A stretch of 62,350 nt of DNA, the filler included, from Deltaproteobacteria bacterium (GTDB lineage: Bacteria; JAUYMQ01), in assembly GCA_030698575.1 (NCBI GenBank). It is 12 parts of 12 records of this genome, joined end to end, with 100 filler letters (N's around TTAATTAATTAA, not from the genome) between each part and the next. Parts side by side here need not be neighbours in the genome. Positions count along the whole stretch, not along the records: positions 4,616 to 22,769 come from JAUYMQ010000645.1; 11 more parts are not named here. One strand, written 5' to 3'. The notes under the pieces were generated by a model. It saw only the letters and a program-made list of their open reading frames with translations. It searched no databases and was not told where the DNA came from. Position 1 is the first letter of the stretch. Each line of letters starts with the position of its first letter. A program made the translations under genes and the position numbers. Positions 9,449 to 17,902 of this stretch are shown here, in pieces.

Positions 9449-10132
9449 ATGAACGCCCTATTACGCAGGCGGCTGGAGATGGCCGCGCGGGTCCGCGATT
9501 TTATGCGGGCCCACAAGACGGACGCCGTTGGTGAGGGACTCGGGCTCGCGAAGTTCGAGGAGCTGATCCAGCGCGCGGAGGTACTGGTGGCGCAGCAGCG
9601 CGGTGGCGTCGTGGTGACGCGAGCGGCCACCCAGCAGCGCGCCAAGCTTCGTCGAGCGCTGCAGAGCAAGCTGCTGCTCTATCTGCGCGCGGTTGGCGCG
9701 GTGGCGGCGAAGGAGAACGCGGAGTTGGCGGTGCAGTTCCAGCTGCCGCCCACGAACGCCAGCCACCAGGCGTTGCTCACCGTGGCGCGCGGGATGCTGG
9801 AGAAGGCGACCGCGCAGAAGGAGCTGCTGGTGAGCCGCGGCATGTCCCCGACGTTGCTCGATGCTCTCGCGGGCGCGTTGGGGGAGTTCGAGAAGACGCT
9901 GGAGGCTTCGCGCGAAGGCCGGCGCAATCATGTAGGTGCAAGCGCCGATCTCAAGGCCGTGGCGGCCGAGATCAAAGAGCAGGTCCGCGTGCTCGATGGG
10001 CTCGTGCGGTTCCGGTTTGGGGAGAACGCGGAGCTGATGGGGGCGTGGGCCAGTGCCCGCAACGTGCTGGGTCCGTTCAAATCCAAGGGCGGACCGGAGG
10101 CGGGCGGTGGTGAAGCGCCGAAGGCGGCGTGA
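9449..10132 (+). CDS. Hypothetical all-alpha-helical protein (227 aa)
   Basis: Strong AAGGAGG RBS before ATG 9449; GC3-biased codons; amphipathic helical pattern. Confidence 0.85.
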   Translation: MNALLRRRLEMAARVRDFMRAHKTDAVGEGLGLAKFEELIQRAEVLVAQQRGGVVVTRAATQQRAKLRRALQSKLLLYLRAVGAVAAKENAELAVQFQLPPTNASHQALLTVARGMLEKATAQKELLVSRGMSPTLLDALAGALGEFEKTLEASREGRRNHVGASADLKAVAAEIKEQVRVLDGLVRFRFGENAELMGAWASARNVLGPFKSKGGPEAGGGEAPKAA

Positions 10133-10277
10133 AGGCGGCGCCGAAGCCTGGGCCCAGGCGGCGAGGCGCGGTGGGTGGATGATCGCCTGCCGCGCGTTGT
10201 GCTTGTGCGGCTTAGACTTGGCTAACGCCCTCGTGGGCAATTCGATGCCCATTGAGGGTAACATTGTATTGACGCTG

Positions 10278-10862
10278 ATGATGAAAACCGAGACATTGCA
10301 GCCGATGCCCCTCCGCTATCGAGAGGACAGGGCGACCCAAGCCGCGGCCAGGTTGCTGCGCCTGCGGGGCGGTACCATGTCCTACCTTAAGTTGATGAAA
10401 CTCTTGTATTTCGCCGATCGGCGGGCCTTGGCAGAGCTAGGCAGGCCCATCAGCTACGACATGTACGTCTCCATGCCCCAAGGGCCGGTGCTCAGTCGCA
10501 CGCTGGACCTCATGACGGAAGAGCCAGAGCCCCATGCTGACCAGCTCTCGTATTGGCGCTCTTTTATTTCGGAGCCACACGACTGGGAAGTCAGTCTGCT
10601 GCGTGCCGAGATTCCAAACGACCAATTGTCGCGCGCCGAGGAAGAGATCCTGGATCGTGTCTTTGAGAAGTACGGGCGATTGTCGCGTTGGGAAATTCGC
10701 GATCTCTCGCACAAGCTTCCCGAGTGGCACGATCCGCACGGATCATGTGTGCCGATCAGCATTAAGGAAATTCTTCTGCACCAAGGCATGAGCGAGGAGG
10801 ATGCTCAAGCGGTCGTCGAGGCCCTGGGCGCGGAAAGCTATGCGGACCAGCTAGCGAGTTGA
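10278..10862 (+). CDS. Panacea (DUF4065, GepA/SocA-like) antitoxin
   Basis: LKLMKLLYFADR, MPQGPV and LSHKLPEW motifs. Confidence 0.85.
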   Translation: MMKTETLQPMPLRYREDRATQAAARLLRLRGGTMSYLKLMKLLYFADRRALAELGRPISYDMYVSMPQGPVLSRTLDLMTEEPEPHADQLSYWRSFISEPHDWEVSLLRAEIPNDQLSRAEEEILDRVFEKYGRLSRWEIRDLSHKLPEWHDPHGSCVPISIKEILLHQGMSEEDAQAVVEALGAESYADQLAS

Positions 10863-10878
10863 TCGGACTCTTTGTCCG

Positions 10879-11289
10879 ATGGAGTTCTTCAAGGCCGGAA
10901 GCGCCATTATCCTTTCAGGCTATCCGGTTGGCTCTCCTCACCTGTGGTTCGTTTTGACGGATCCTGATTCCGAATCCGATCAGGTTGTGGCCGTTATGGT
11001 CGTGACGGTACGCGGGCACACCGATAGAACAGTGACTCTATCCGCTGGCGACCATCCATTTATCAGGCATGATTCGTCGCTCGACTTCGGCGGTACGAAG
11101 CGCTTTCAGACGGCTCGACTCAACGCCGCCTTGCGCAGCGGTCGGTGTGAACTTTCCGAGAACATGACTGCGGCATTGTTGGGAAAGGTCCGGGCCGGGC
11201 TCTTAGCATCGCCCCGAACGCCCCATCACATTATCGATTACTGTCGCGACCGTTTTCCGAAGGACTTCACCCCTGAAGGACAGGCGTAG
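10879..11289 (+). CDS. Hypothetical protein, probable toxin partner of Panacea (possibly PemK/MazF-like)
   Basis: Starts 16 nt after the Panacea gene; HLWFVLT and GDHPFIRHDS motifs. Confidence 0.55.
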   Translation: MEFFKAGSAIILSGYPVGSPHLWFVLTDPDSESDQVVAVMVVTVRGHTDRTVTLSAGDHPFIRHDSSLDFGGTKRFQTARLNAALRSGRCELSENMTAALLGKVRAGLLASPRTPHHIIDYCRDRFPKDFTPEGQA

Positions 11290-14200
11290 TTTCGAGCTCC
11301 CGTGCGTAGTACCGCAGGCGACAGTACAGGTTGAACAGCTCCATCTCCTCCACGCTGTTCGGCCTCGTCCGGACCAGCTTCGACGACGCGACTACGATGG
11401 CCAAGCACCGCGCTCGCGACAACGTCACGTTCAGGCGGTTGGGATTGAGCAAGAACGCGGGACCCCGTGCTGTCTCCTCGAGCGATGAGGCGCACATGGA
11501 GACGATCACGACGGTGGCTTCCTGGCCCTGGAACTTGTCGACCGACGCGATACGGATCTTGGGATCGTTCATCCGTTCCTTAAGACAGCGCACCTGGGCG
11601 TTGTAGGGTGCCACAATCAGCAGATCTTTTGCGACATCGAAACCGTGCTCCTTCCCATCGTCCTCGCGCACGGTGGCCCGGCGCAGGTCCGCGACGTACT
11701 CGGCGATCCGATTGGCCTCCTCCGCGCTCGACTGGGTGTTTCCCTCGTGCTCGATCTCGTCGAGGATGATCCCGGTGCCGCGTGAAAGCACGTGCGCATC
11801 GGGTGGTAGCTTGATGCAACGCCTCGCGGTATTCGGACTGGGATGCAGCCGCCCTTCGTAGGCCGTATCCGAAATGAACCGGCAGATGTCGGGATGCAGG
11901 CGCCACGTGTCCGGCAGCAACACGCCCATGTCCGGCGGCACGGTGGCGTGCCCTTCCAGGAGATAGTGCAGGCATGACCAACCGCTGCGACCCGGATGCA
12001 CGGCCTGGGCAGGCTGGGAGAGCTGCATCTGGTCGCCGATCAGCACGATGTTCTTGGCCGACAGGCCCATCGCGACGGCGTTGGCGAGGCAGACCTGGCC
12101 TGCTTCATCGATGAAGAGATAATCGAAGCACTGATCCAGTTCCGGCCGAGCGAACAGCCACGCGGAGCCGCCCACGACGATACCGTCAGCGAGGAGACCA
12201 GAGACCTCCTTAGTGTCACACTGACTGATCCGCCGTTCGGGATCGTCGGCAGCGTCGTCTTCACCACCGGCTTTGTAGATCGCCAGCGGTTTCGCCAAGG
12301 TCCGCGATGCGTTGCTGACGTCGGTCAGGAGATTGTTGATCGCCTTGTGGCTGTTCGATGCGACGCCAATGCGCTTGCCGCCGCTCGCCAACGCCACGAT
12401 CACGGCCGCCGCGTTGTAGGTCTTGCCGGCACCGGGCGGCCCTTGAATGCAGAGCGTCGTGCGGTCGAGCCCGCGAATCAAGTCTATGAGATCGCCTGGG
12501 AATGTTGCCGCGTCCGGCAGCAACGCCCCGCCGGCTCTGTCGGTCAGCCTGGGCGTGCGGCGATGCAGGAGGTCGTCTACAGCGCGATACGCGTCGCGGT
12601 CACCGCTCGCCCAGTGTTCACCAAATCGGGTGACGGCCTCTCGCAGCGGGTCGGACGGGACGTGTTCGTTCGGAATGATGTGACAGAGATCGGGGATGGT
12701 GCGCTTGGGTCCGAACTTGATGGTGAGCCGTCCGGTATCGAGATCCAATGACTCGATCTTGTGCTTCTCGACCTCGCTCCCGAACAGCAGGTAGACGCGG
12801 TCGCCCGCCTCGACTTTGGTATCCTGATCGGGATTGAACGCGTACTCCACAAGCTGCGATTTCTTGACCGGGACGGGGGGCGTCTCCGTGCGCGTCACGT
12901 ACGCGATGCAATCGGCATCATCGTACAAATCCTCCGGCGGAGACTCGAGCCGATCGAAATACCGCCACCACATCGGCTTGTCCTCGCGCCGGTGGTAGCC
13001 GAGGAGCCACGCCACCAGGCGAGTGACGTCGTCCTGGGCATTCGAAAGCATCGCCTCGGCCAGCTCGTCCTCGGGCCGTGGCTCATCCGGTTGCTCCGCC
13101 TCCGGCGGAGGCTGCGGGATATAGACGATGCCCGCTTCGCGTTGCCGCTCGCGCAGCCACGTGGCGAGATGCCAGGTATTCTCGCAGTCCTCGCGGTTGT
13201 AATCGCGGATGGCCTTGAGGATCGGTGATGCACGCCAGTCGGGTGGCTCGCCGCTGGCAAGCCAGTTGTTGTATTCGACGACGGAGCTGGCCGCGCTGGT
13301 GACGAGGGCCGTGCGCGCGGGCGAGAAGAGCACCTCGATGTCCTTGAGCGAGTAGCCCCTCGTCCCGATCGCGACGCCGTTCTTGGTGACGGCGTAGAGA
13401 TCCACGAACACATCGCCGCGCAGCAGGTCATCCACCGCGTTCTCGCGGGTCGCGTACTTCCCCATGAGTCGCTGCAGCGCCGCCACTTCGTAATTGGCGT
13501 AGTGGTAGACGTGCATGTTCGGATCTGTGCGCAGCCGCTCGTGGATCCAGTCCACGGTCCGCTCGAAGGCCGCCTTTTCCTGCTCCGCGTCGTGCGCCCA
13601 TTCGTCCTTGAAGAGGGGCTTTCCGTCTTCGACCGTGATCGCGCCGAACAAATACTCGAGGCCGCTCTCGGCGAGGGGGTTGCCTTCGAGATCGAAGAAG
13701 ACATCGCCGGGGGAAGCGGGCGGCAGCATGGCGAGCCCGATGCGTTTGCCGGTCTCGTGGGGCAGGGGCTCGAACGTGGGCTTCGCTTTGCCGCGAGACT
13801 CCATTTGGAGCCGGGCCTGGCGTCGCAGCCGCGCGAGGACGTCGTCCGAGATTCTCACCCCCTGGCCCCCTCTCCCTTTGGGAGAGGGGGAACTCGAGGC
13901 GAGCGCCGTCATGGTCGCGATACCGGCGGCGCGCAGGCGTTTGATCTGGCTGCGGGTGATGCGGGCGACGAGACGCAGGTCGTCGCGCTCTTCTAGGGTC
14001 TTTTGAGCCGCGGTCTCCCATCGCCCCCAGCTCCGCTCGAGGGCGGGGTCGGGCTGCGCGCCGGGATCGAAGGCTTCCTGGATTTCGAGGAAGGTGTCCC
14101 GCAGGTGGCGATAGAAGTAAAAGGAGCGGTCGGTCTCGAACCAGCGTTCTTCACCCGTGCCGAGGACGAAGCCAAGCTGCGGCGGGCGAGTGTCCTGGAG

Positions 14201-14677
14201 TGCTTCGAGGTACTCGGCGTAGGCGCAGAGCTGGATCAGGAAGTAGGGCTTGGCCGAGCGGGCGAGCTTTGAGTCGAGCGGCCGGTAGGACCAGGGGCCG
14301 AGGCGGCTCGGCGTTTCGGTGCGGACCAGGAAGTCGGGGTAGCCGTGCCAGACGCCGTGGTCGAGGCGGCCCTGGTAGATGAGCCTCTTCCCGGTCTGGA
14401 GCGCGGCGAGCGTGTTGGCGCCATCCTTCTCGTGCTCGAAGCGGACCGCGGGGCCGTGCTGGAGTTCGAGCTTGGCGAGGACGGCGGCCTCGTGCTGCAT
14501 TCCCTTATCTCGGACCAGGGCCATCTCGGGGTCGGCGTCGTCAGGGGAAGGGAAGCTCGGGTCTTTGCGTCCGCGCTCGGCGTAGGCGCGTTCCATCCAG
14601 GCGGCGAACTCACCGGAGAGGAAGGTGATGAGGTCGGAGGGGGAGAATTGGAGCGAGTGGCCAGCCGAATGTCTCAT
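11267..14677 (-). CDS. TM0106-family RecB-like nuclease with RNase H-like and SF1 (Upf1/DNA2-like) helicase domains
   Basis: GYPDFL/DSKLA (PD-D/ExK), FFDLEG, QGPPGAGKT, IDEAGQ, IGDQMQL, SVDKFQGQE, NRLNVTLSRA. Confidence 0.92.
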   Translation of the reverse strand: MRHSAGHSLQFSPSDLITFLSGEFAAWMERAYAERGRKDPSFPSPDDADPEMALVRDKGMQHEAAVLAKLELQHGPAVRFEHEKDGANTLAALQTGKRLIYQGRLDHGVWHGYPDFLVRTETPSRLGPWSYRPLDSKLARSAKPYFLIQLCAYAEYLEALQDTRPPQLGFVLGTGEERWFETDRSFYFYRHLRDTFLEIQEAFDPGAQPDPALERSWGRWETAAQKTLEERDDLRLVARITRSQIKRLRAAGIATMTALASSSPSPKGRGGQGVRISDDVLARLRRQARLQMESRGKAKPTFEPLPHETGKRIGLAMLPPASPGDVFFDLEGNPLAESGLEYLFGAITVEDGKPLFKDEWAHDAEQEKAAFERTVDWIHERLRTDPNMHVYHYANYEVAALQRLMGKYATRENAVDDLLRGDVFVDLYAVTKNGVAIGTRGYSLKDIEVLFSPARTALVTSAASSVVEYNNWLASGEPPDWRASPILKAIRDYNREDCENTWHLATWLRERQREAGIVYIPQPPPEAEQPDEPRPEDELAEAMLSNAQDDVTRLVAWLLGYHRREDKPMWWRYFDRLESPPEDLYDDADCIAYVTRTETPPVPVKKSQLVEYAFNPDQDTKVEAGDRVYLLFGSEVEKHKIESLDLDTGRLTIKFGPKRTIPDLCHIIPNEHVPSDPLREAVTRFGEHWASGDRDAYRAVDDLLHRRTPRLTDRAGGALLPDAATFPGDLIDLIRGLDRTTLCIQGPPGAGKTYNAAAVIVALASGGKRIGVASNSHKAINNLLTDVSNASRTLAKPLAIYKAGGEDDAADDPERRISQCDTKEVSGLLADGIVVGGSAWLFARPELDQCFDYLFIDEAGQVCLANAVAMGLSAKNIVLIGDQMQLSQPAQAVHPGRSGWSCLHYLLEGHATVPPDMGVLLPDTWRLHPDICRFISDTAYEGRLHPSPNTARRCIKLPPDAHVLSRGTGIILDEIEHEGNTQSSAEEANRIAEYVADLRRATVREDDGKEHGFDVAKDLLIVAPYNAQVRCLKERMNDPKIRIASVDKFQGQEATVVIVSMCASSLEETARGPAFLLNPNRLNVTLSRARCLAIVVASSKLVRTRPNSVEEMELFNLYCRLRYYARELETTPVLQG
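13854..13895 (+). repeat. 42-nt palindromic repeat, family B copy 2, in frame inside the TM0106 gene
   Basis: Read on the minus strand as part of SSSPSPKGRGGQGVR. Confidence 0.85.
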
Positions 14678-14742
14678 GGATCAGGCAACGTATGGCGGGG
14701 GTGGGACAGGGTATAGGAGGCCAGCGGCAGAGCAGCAACGTG

Positions 14743-15285
14743 TCACATCGGCGACCACCCCAGTGCTTCTTCAATCTTCCGACGATATTGCGTGTCGATC
14801 TGGCGCGGGGCTCGTCGAATGTAGCGCTCGGCGACGTATCGCCGCTGGCCGGTAAGGGGCGTCAAATATTCAATGATCTGACCCACGGATGGTGAGGCTA
14901 TTTCGTCTAGTTTGGGTCCGAGGGCCGTCCAAATCACGGCATCAACGCTGTGAGCCTTCGTCCACGTTGGCAGATCAGGAATTTCACCTGGCCCCTCGTC
15001 CCCGGTCTGCCAAACCCCAACGTCCTTCTCCCAGTTCTTGCTCGTGAGCCGCTCGCGACGGCGGAGCGCCTCCTTCGCTGGCTGAATCGTGCTTGGCAGC
15101 ATGAGAGCCCAGAGGACACGAACTTGCGCGGCTGACGTATCGATTACGAGAGTGATACTGCCGTCCGATGACTTGCGCTTGAACTCAATGGGCGCTAGTG
15201 GCCCGACAGGGAACCACTCACTTCGCAGGGGGAGGTCGCGTGGATCCCACACAAGCGAGCCCCAACCGAGACAGGCGATGTCCAT
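14743..15285 (-). CDS. Hypothetical protein with GGCT/ChaC-like N-terminal motif
   Basis: IACLGWGSLVWD resembles the FGYGSLIW motif of gamma-glutamylcyclotransferase-fold proteins. Confidence 0.55.
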   Translation of the reverse strand: MDIACLGWGSLVWDPRDLPLRSEWFPVGPLAPIEFKRKSSDGSITLVIDTSAAQVRVLWALMLPSTIQPAKEALRRRERLTSKNWEKDVGVWQTGDEGPGEIPDLPTWTKAHSVDAVIWTALGPKLDEIASPSVGQIIEYLTPLTGQRRYVAERYIRRAPRQIDTQYRRKIEEALGWSPM

Positions 15286-15314
15286 TTCGTGCTAGCGAAC
15301 GGTTTCTGCACGGG

Positions 15315-16181
15315 TCAGCACTGAGACGCTCGGAATTCGGACCACGTCAGAACCCGTGTCATGGCATAGCGACCGTCCAGGACTGCTCGCGCTGCCCGAC
15401 GAAGGGGGCGGTCCTCAGTCACAAGGAGGGCCTTGCGACCACTAGACAGATACAACAGTTGGAGAAGATCTGCATGCTGAACGCGTTTGGGTTGTTCAGC
15501 TACAACCGTTCGCTCAAATACGGCGATTCCTTCAAGCTCTATGAGAAGACGCCACACCGGATGTACGAGAAGTGCTTCGACAGGGGCATCTCCCTGAAGT
15601 CCTAGCTTCGTCCAAATGCCGCGAAGAAAGTCATCTTGCTGTAGCGCCTTGGTCCATTGACCATCCAAGAATTCTGCTGCCGAACCCCATCTGTCCGCTC
15701 CTGATTGCCTCTTCAAGAACCCTCGAATAACGGGCCGTGCTCTCCGGTGCATTGCGTCGAACCGCTCTTCGAGGTCTTGGCGAAACTTCGCGGCCGCGCG
15801 TCGAACCTCTTCGCTCACGTTGCCTGGGTGTTCGAGCATCGGTTCGAGCCCAGAGCGACCACTCCAGAAGCCGGGTTGGCCTTGAACAATTGCCTGTCCA
15901 GCCTTCCTCAGTATGTGCTCAGGGAGCGGTAATAAGCCCTTTTCGCCGGCAAGGGCTGAGAGGATGGTTAGGGCGCGGCGTCGGATGTCAGGATTTTGGT
16001 TACTCGCTATCTCGATTGCGTTGATAGCAGTCGGCCATATCTCAAAGTCCACGGCGGCGAGGCTCCGCGTGATCATCGCCCGTTCGGATCGATCCTCTAG
16101 GAACTTCAGGCAGTTTGTATCGAATACAACGATGCCAGAGGGTTGGTTCGATGCGCGCACGTGCCACGGGCTCTTCATCAC
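15315..16181 (-). CDS. PIN-like domain protein with large internal insertion
   Basis: VVFDTN, AIEI, HADLL and LLVTEDR: four PIN-type acidic positions spread over 288 aa. Confidence 0.65.
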   Translation of the reverse strand: MMKSPWHVRASNQPSGIVVFDTNCLKFLEDRSERAMITRSLAAVDFEIWPTAINAIEIASNQNPDIRRRALTILSALAGEKGLLPLPEHILRKAGQAIVQGQPGFWSGRSGLEPMLEHPGNVSEEVRRAAAKFRQDLEERFDAMHRRARPVIRGFLKRQSGADRWGSAAEFLDGQWTKALQQDDFLRGIWTKLGLQGDAPVEALLVHPVWRLLIELEGIAVFERTVVAEQPKRVQHADLLQLLYLSSGRKALLVTEDRPLRRAARAVLDGRYAMTRVLTWSEFRASQC

Positions 16182-16185
16182 GCCG

Positions 16186-16620
16186 CTACGCTTTTTGCTT
16201 TCTTCGAGTCCCAGTCTGCGCCTTGAGATTGAATGGGCTGAGCCACACGGGACCGAATCGCCCCCGACCAGTGATGTTGGCGATCGCCTCTCGAATGAAT
16301 GGAAAGACCAGAGTCCAGCCGGCCAATGAGACGTAGTTATCGAGGGGCATGTTCGGAGCGGTCTGCTCGCGCTCCAGGAGCGCAGTCATCGTCACGTCGA
16401 ACTCGTAGACAGCCTCCGTTTTTGGCTTTGTTCGTACTCTAGTCCGAATCAATGCAGCGGAGCCGTCGCTCGTGAGTCCAGTTTCGAGAGCTACAAGGAG
16501 CTCTCGAACATCCGCAGGCTTTTCGGCGGGAAGGTCTAAGAACCCTGGTCGGTGCTTGAACGTCGCTTTCTCCAAGAAAACTTGGACTAGGCGAATCCCA
16601 GGCTGTTTCGTCTCATCCAT
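16186..16620 (-). CDS. SecB-like chaperone of a TAC system
   Basis: LVFPFIREAIANITGRGRFGPVWLSPFN SecB signature; TGATG overlap with the antitoxin stop. Confidence 0.85.
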   Translation of the reverse strand: MDETKQPGIRLVQVFLEKATFKHRPGFLDLPAEKPADVRELLVALETGLTSDGSAALIRTRVRTKPKTEAVYEFDVTMTALLEREQTAPNMPLDNYVSLAGWTLVFPFIREAIANITGRGRFGPVWLSPFNLKAQTGTRRKQKA

Positions 16621-17285
16621 CAAGCCACCTCAATTGCACAATCATCAGGCGCAGAACCTGTGCTCCGTTTGGTTCCGGAGTGCGCGGTTGATGTCGTCTT
16701 GCCAGATGTCGACTTAGCAATCAAACGAAACCGTCCATACTGCTTGCGTCGCACCGAGGCACCAACGTGCACAACCATCGTAAAAATCTTTGACGACGAT
16801 TTCGAAAAATCGTGAATCAAAGACTGCCGGACTTCAGTGCCGGCGCCTTCCGAACGATGAACGGCCTCCACGCCGTTCCGCCGCGCGACGGCTTCAAAGA
16901 CTCCCGGGAAGTCCCGTGCGATGAGCAGCAGATTGTCAACAGCTTTGCTCTGGCACACACTTCCGCGTTCCCACCGCACGACTGTCTTCGCTCCAAGCCC
17001 CAATGCCTTCTCAAGCTGCGCTTGCGAAAGACCGTACGCTGCCCGGATTTCTCTGATCTCCAGGGGCGACAGGAGACCGGCATGAGTGCGAAGGACCGCT
17101 GCTCGCGCCCGGCTCGAGGCAAGGGACTGTTCGGGGGTGTAGAATGCCTCGCCACACGTCGAGCACGTGGTAAGCTCGTCTTCGTAGTTCAGGACACCAC
17201 CGTCAGGCGCGCGGACACTTTGAGCAGTCCGCGTCGGCACGAGCGTCGCTTGTTTACAGCTAGGGCACACAGGGAAACCAGTCAT
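16620..17285 (-). CDS. mqsA: MqsA-family antitoxin (Zn finger + XRE HTH) with ~80-aa ChAD-like C-terminal extension
   Basis: CPSC...CSTCGE; EIRAAYGLSQAQLEKALGLGAKTVVRWERG; polar low-complexity tail. Confidence 0.88.
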   Translation of the reverse strand: MTGFPVCPSCKQATLVPTRTAQSVRAPDGGVLNYEDELTTCSTCGEAFYTPEQSLASSRARAAVLRTHAGLLSPLEIREIRAAYGLSQAQLEKALGLGAKTVVRWERGSVCQSKAVDNLLLIARDFPGVFEAVARRNGVEAVHRSEGAGTEVRQSLIHDFSKSSSKIFTMVVHVGASVRRKQYGRFRLIAKSTSGKTTSTAHSGTKRSTGSAPDDCAIEVA

Positions 17286-17298
17286 GGGATCGCTCTGA

Positions 17299-17622
17299 TC
17301 ACTTCGAACTCTTGAATGACAGCACCTTGAGATCGTGGTCCTTGGGCAGGCGGATTGACACTTTCACGTAGAGTAACCTCTCCTGATAGCGTTTTCGGAA
17401 TACGTAAACCTCCTTACCTGGAATAGTCTCGTCCGGTTCTTCCTCACGAATCTCACCCACCGTGAGACTGCACAAACACTCGAGAACATCCTCAGCATCC
17501 AGGTCCAAATCGCCTAACGACGACTGCACTCTCGCTTCGATTCTCACCTGCCGCGCGTGTGCCAACATCCGAATCAGACGGACAGCTTCCACCCGGCGCG
17601 CATCCGCCCCGGCGTCACTCAT
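17299..17622 (-). CDS. mqsR: MqsR/RelE-superfamily mRNA interferase toxin
   Basis: 107 aa directly upstream of mqsA; LYVKV and VLSFK motifs. Confidence 0.75.
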   Translation of the reverse strand: MSDAGADARRVEAVRLIRMLAHARQVRIEARVQSSLGDLDLDAEDVLECLCSLTVGEIREEEPDETIPGKEVYVFRKRYQERLLYVKVSIRLPKDHDLKVLSFKSSK

Positions 17623-17645
17623 CGGACGCGCAGTGTAACGGGAAC

Positions 17646-17662
17646 GGTATCAGGGTGCTACC
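17646..17662. promoter_or_regulatory. Candidate antitoxin operator (7-3-7 imperfect palindrome)
   Basis: GGTATCA-GGG-TGCTACC about 24 nt upstream of the toxin start. Confidence 0.5.
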
Positions 17663-17810
17663 ATAGCCGCAAGACTTAAACCACGGTACAAACACGGCTG
17701 TCGCTCCTTACCTGCTCTGGCCAGCTGCGCTTAGATGGCTCGGACGCTCAAGGTGTAGCACCATCATAGCGTATTGTCAACTGTACGCCGGCAAGTTTGC
17801 CGGCGGGGAC

Positions 17811-17838
17811 TTGACATACCTGCGACACCGGATAGCAT
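17811..17838 (+). promoter_or_regulatory. Candidate sigma70 promoter for the BREX operon
   Basis: TTGACA-N16-TAGCAT; an opposite-strand TTGACA at 17780-17775 may drive the TAC operon. Confidence 0.45.
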
Positions 17839-17902
17839 TCCAGCGCGACCGGGACATGCCCTTGACCGTCGGACGGAAACGCCGAGCCGGAGACTTGGAA
17901 CG

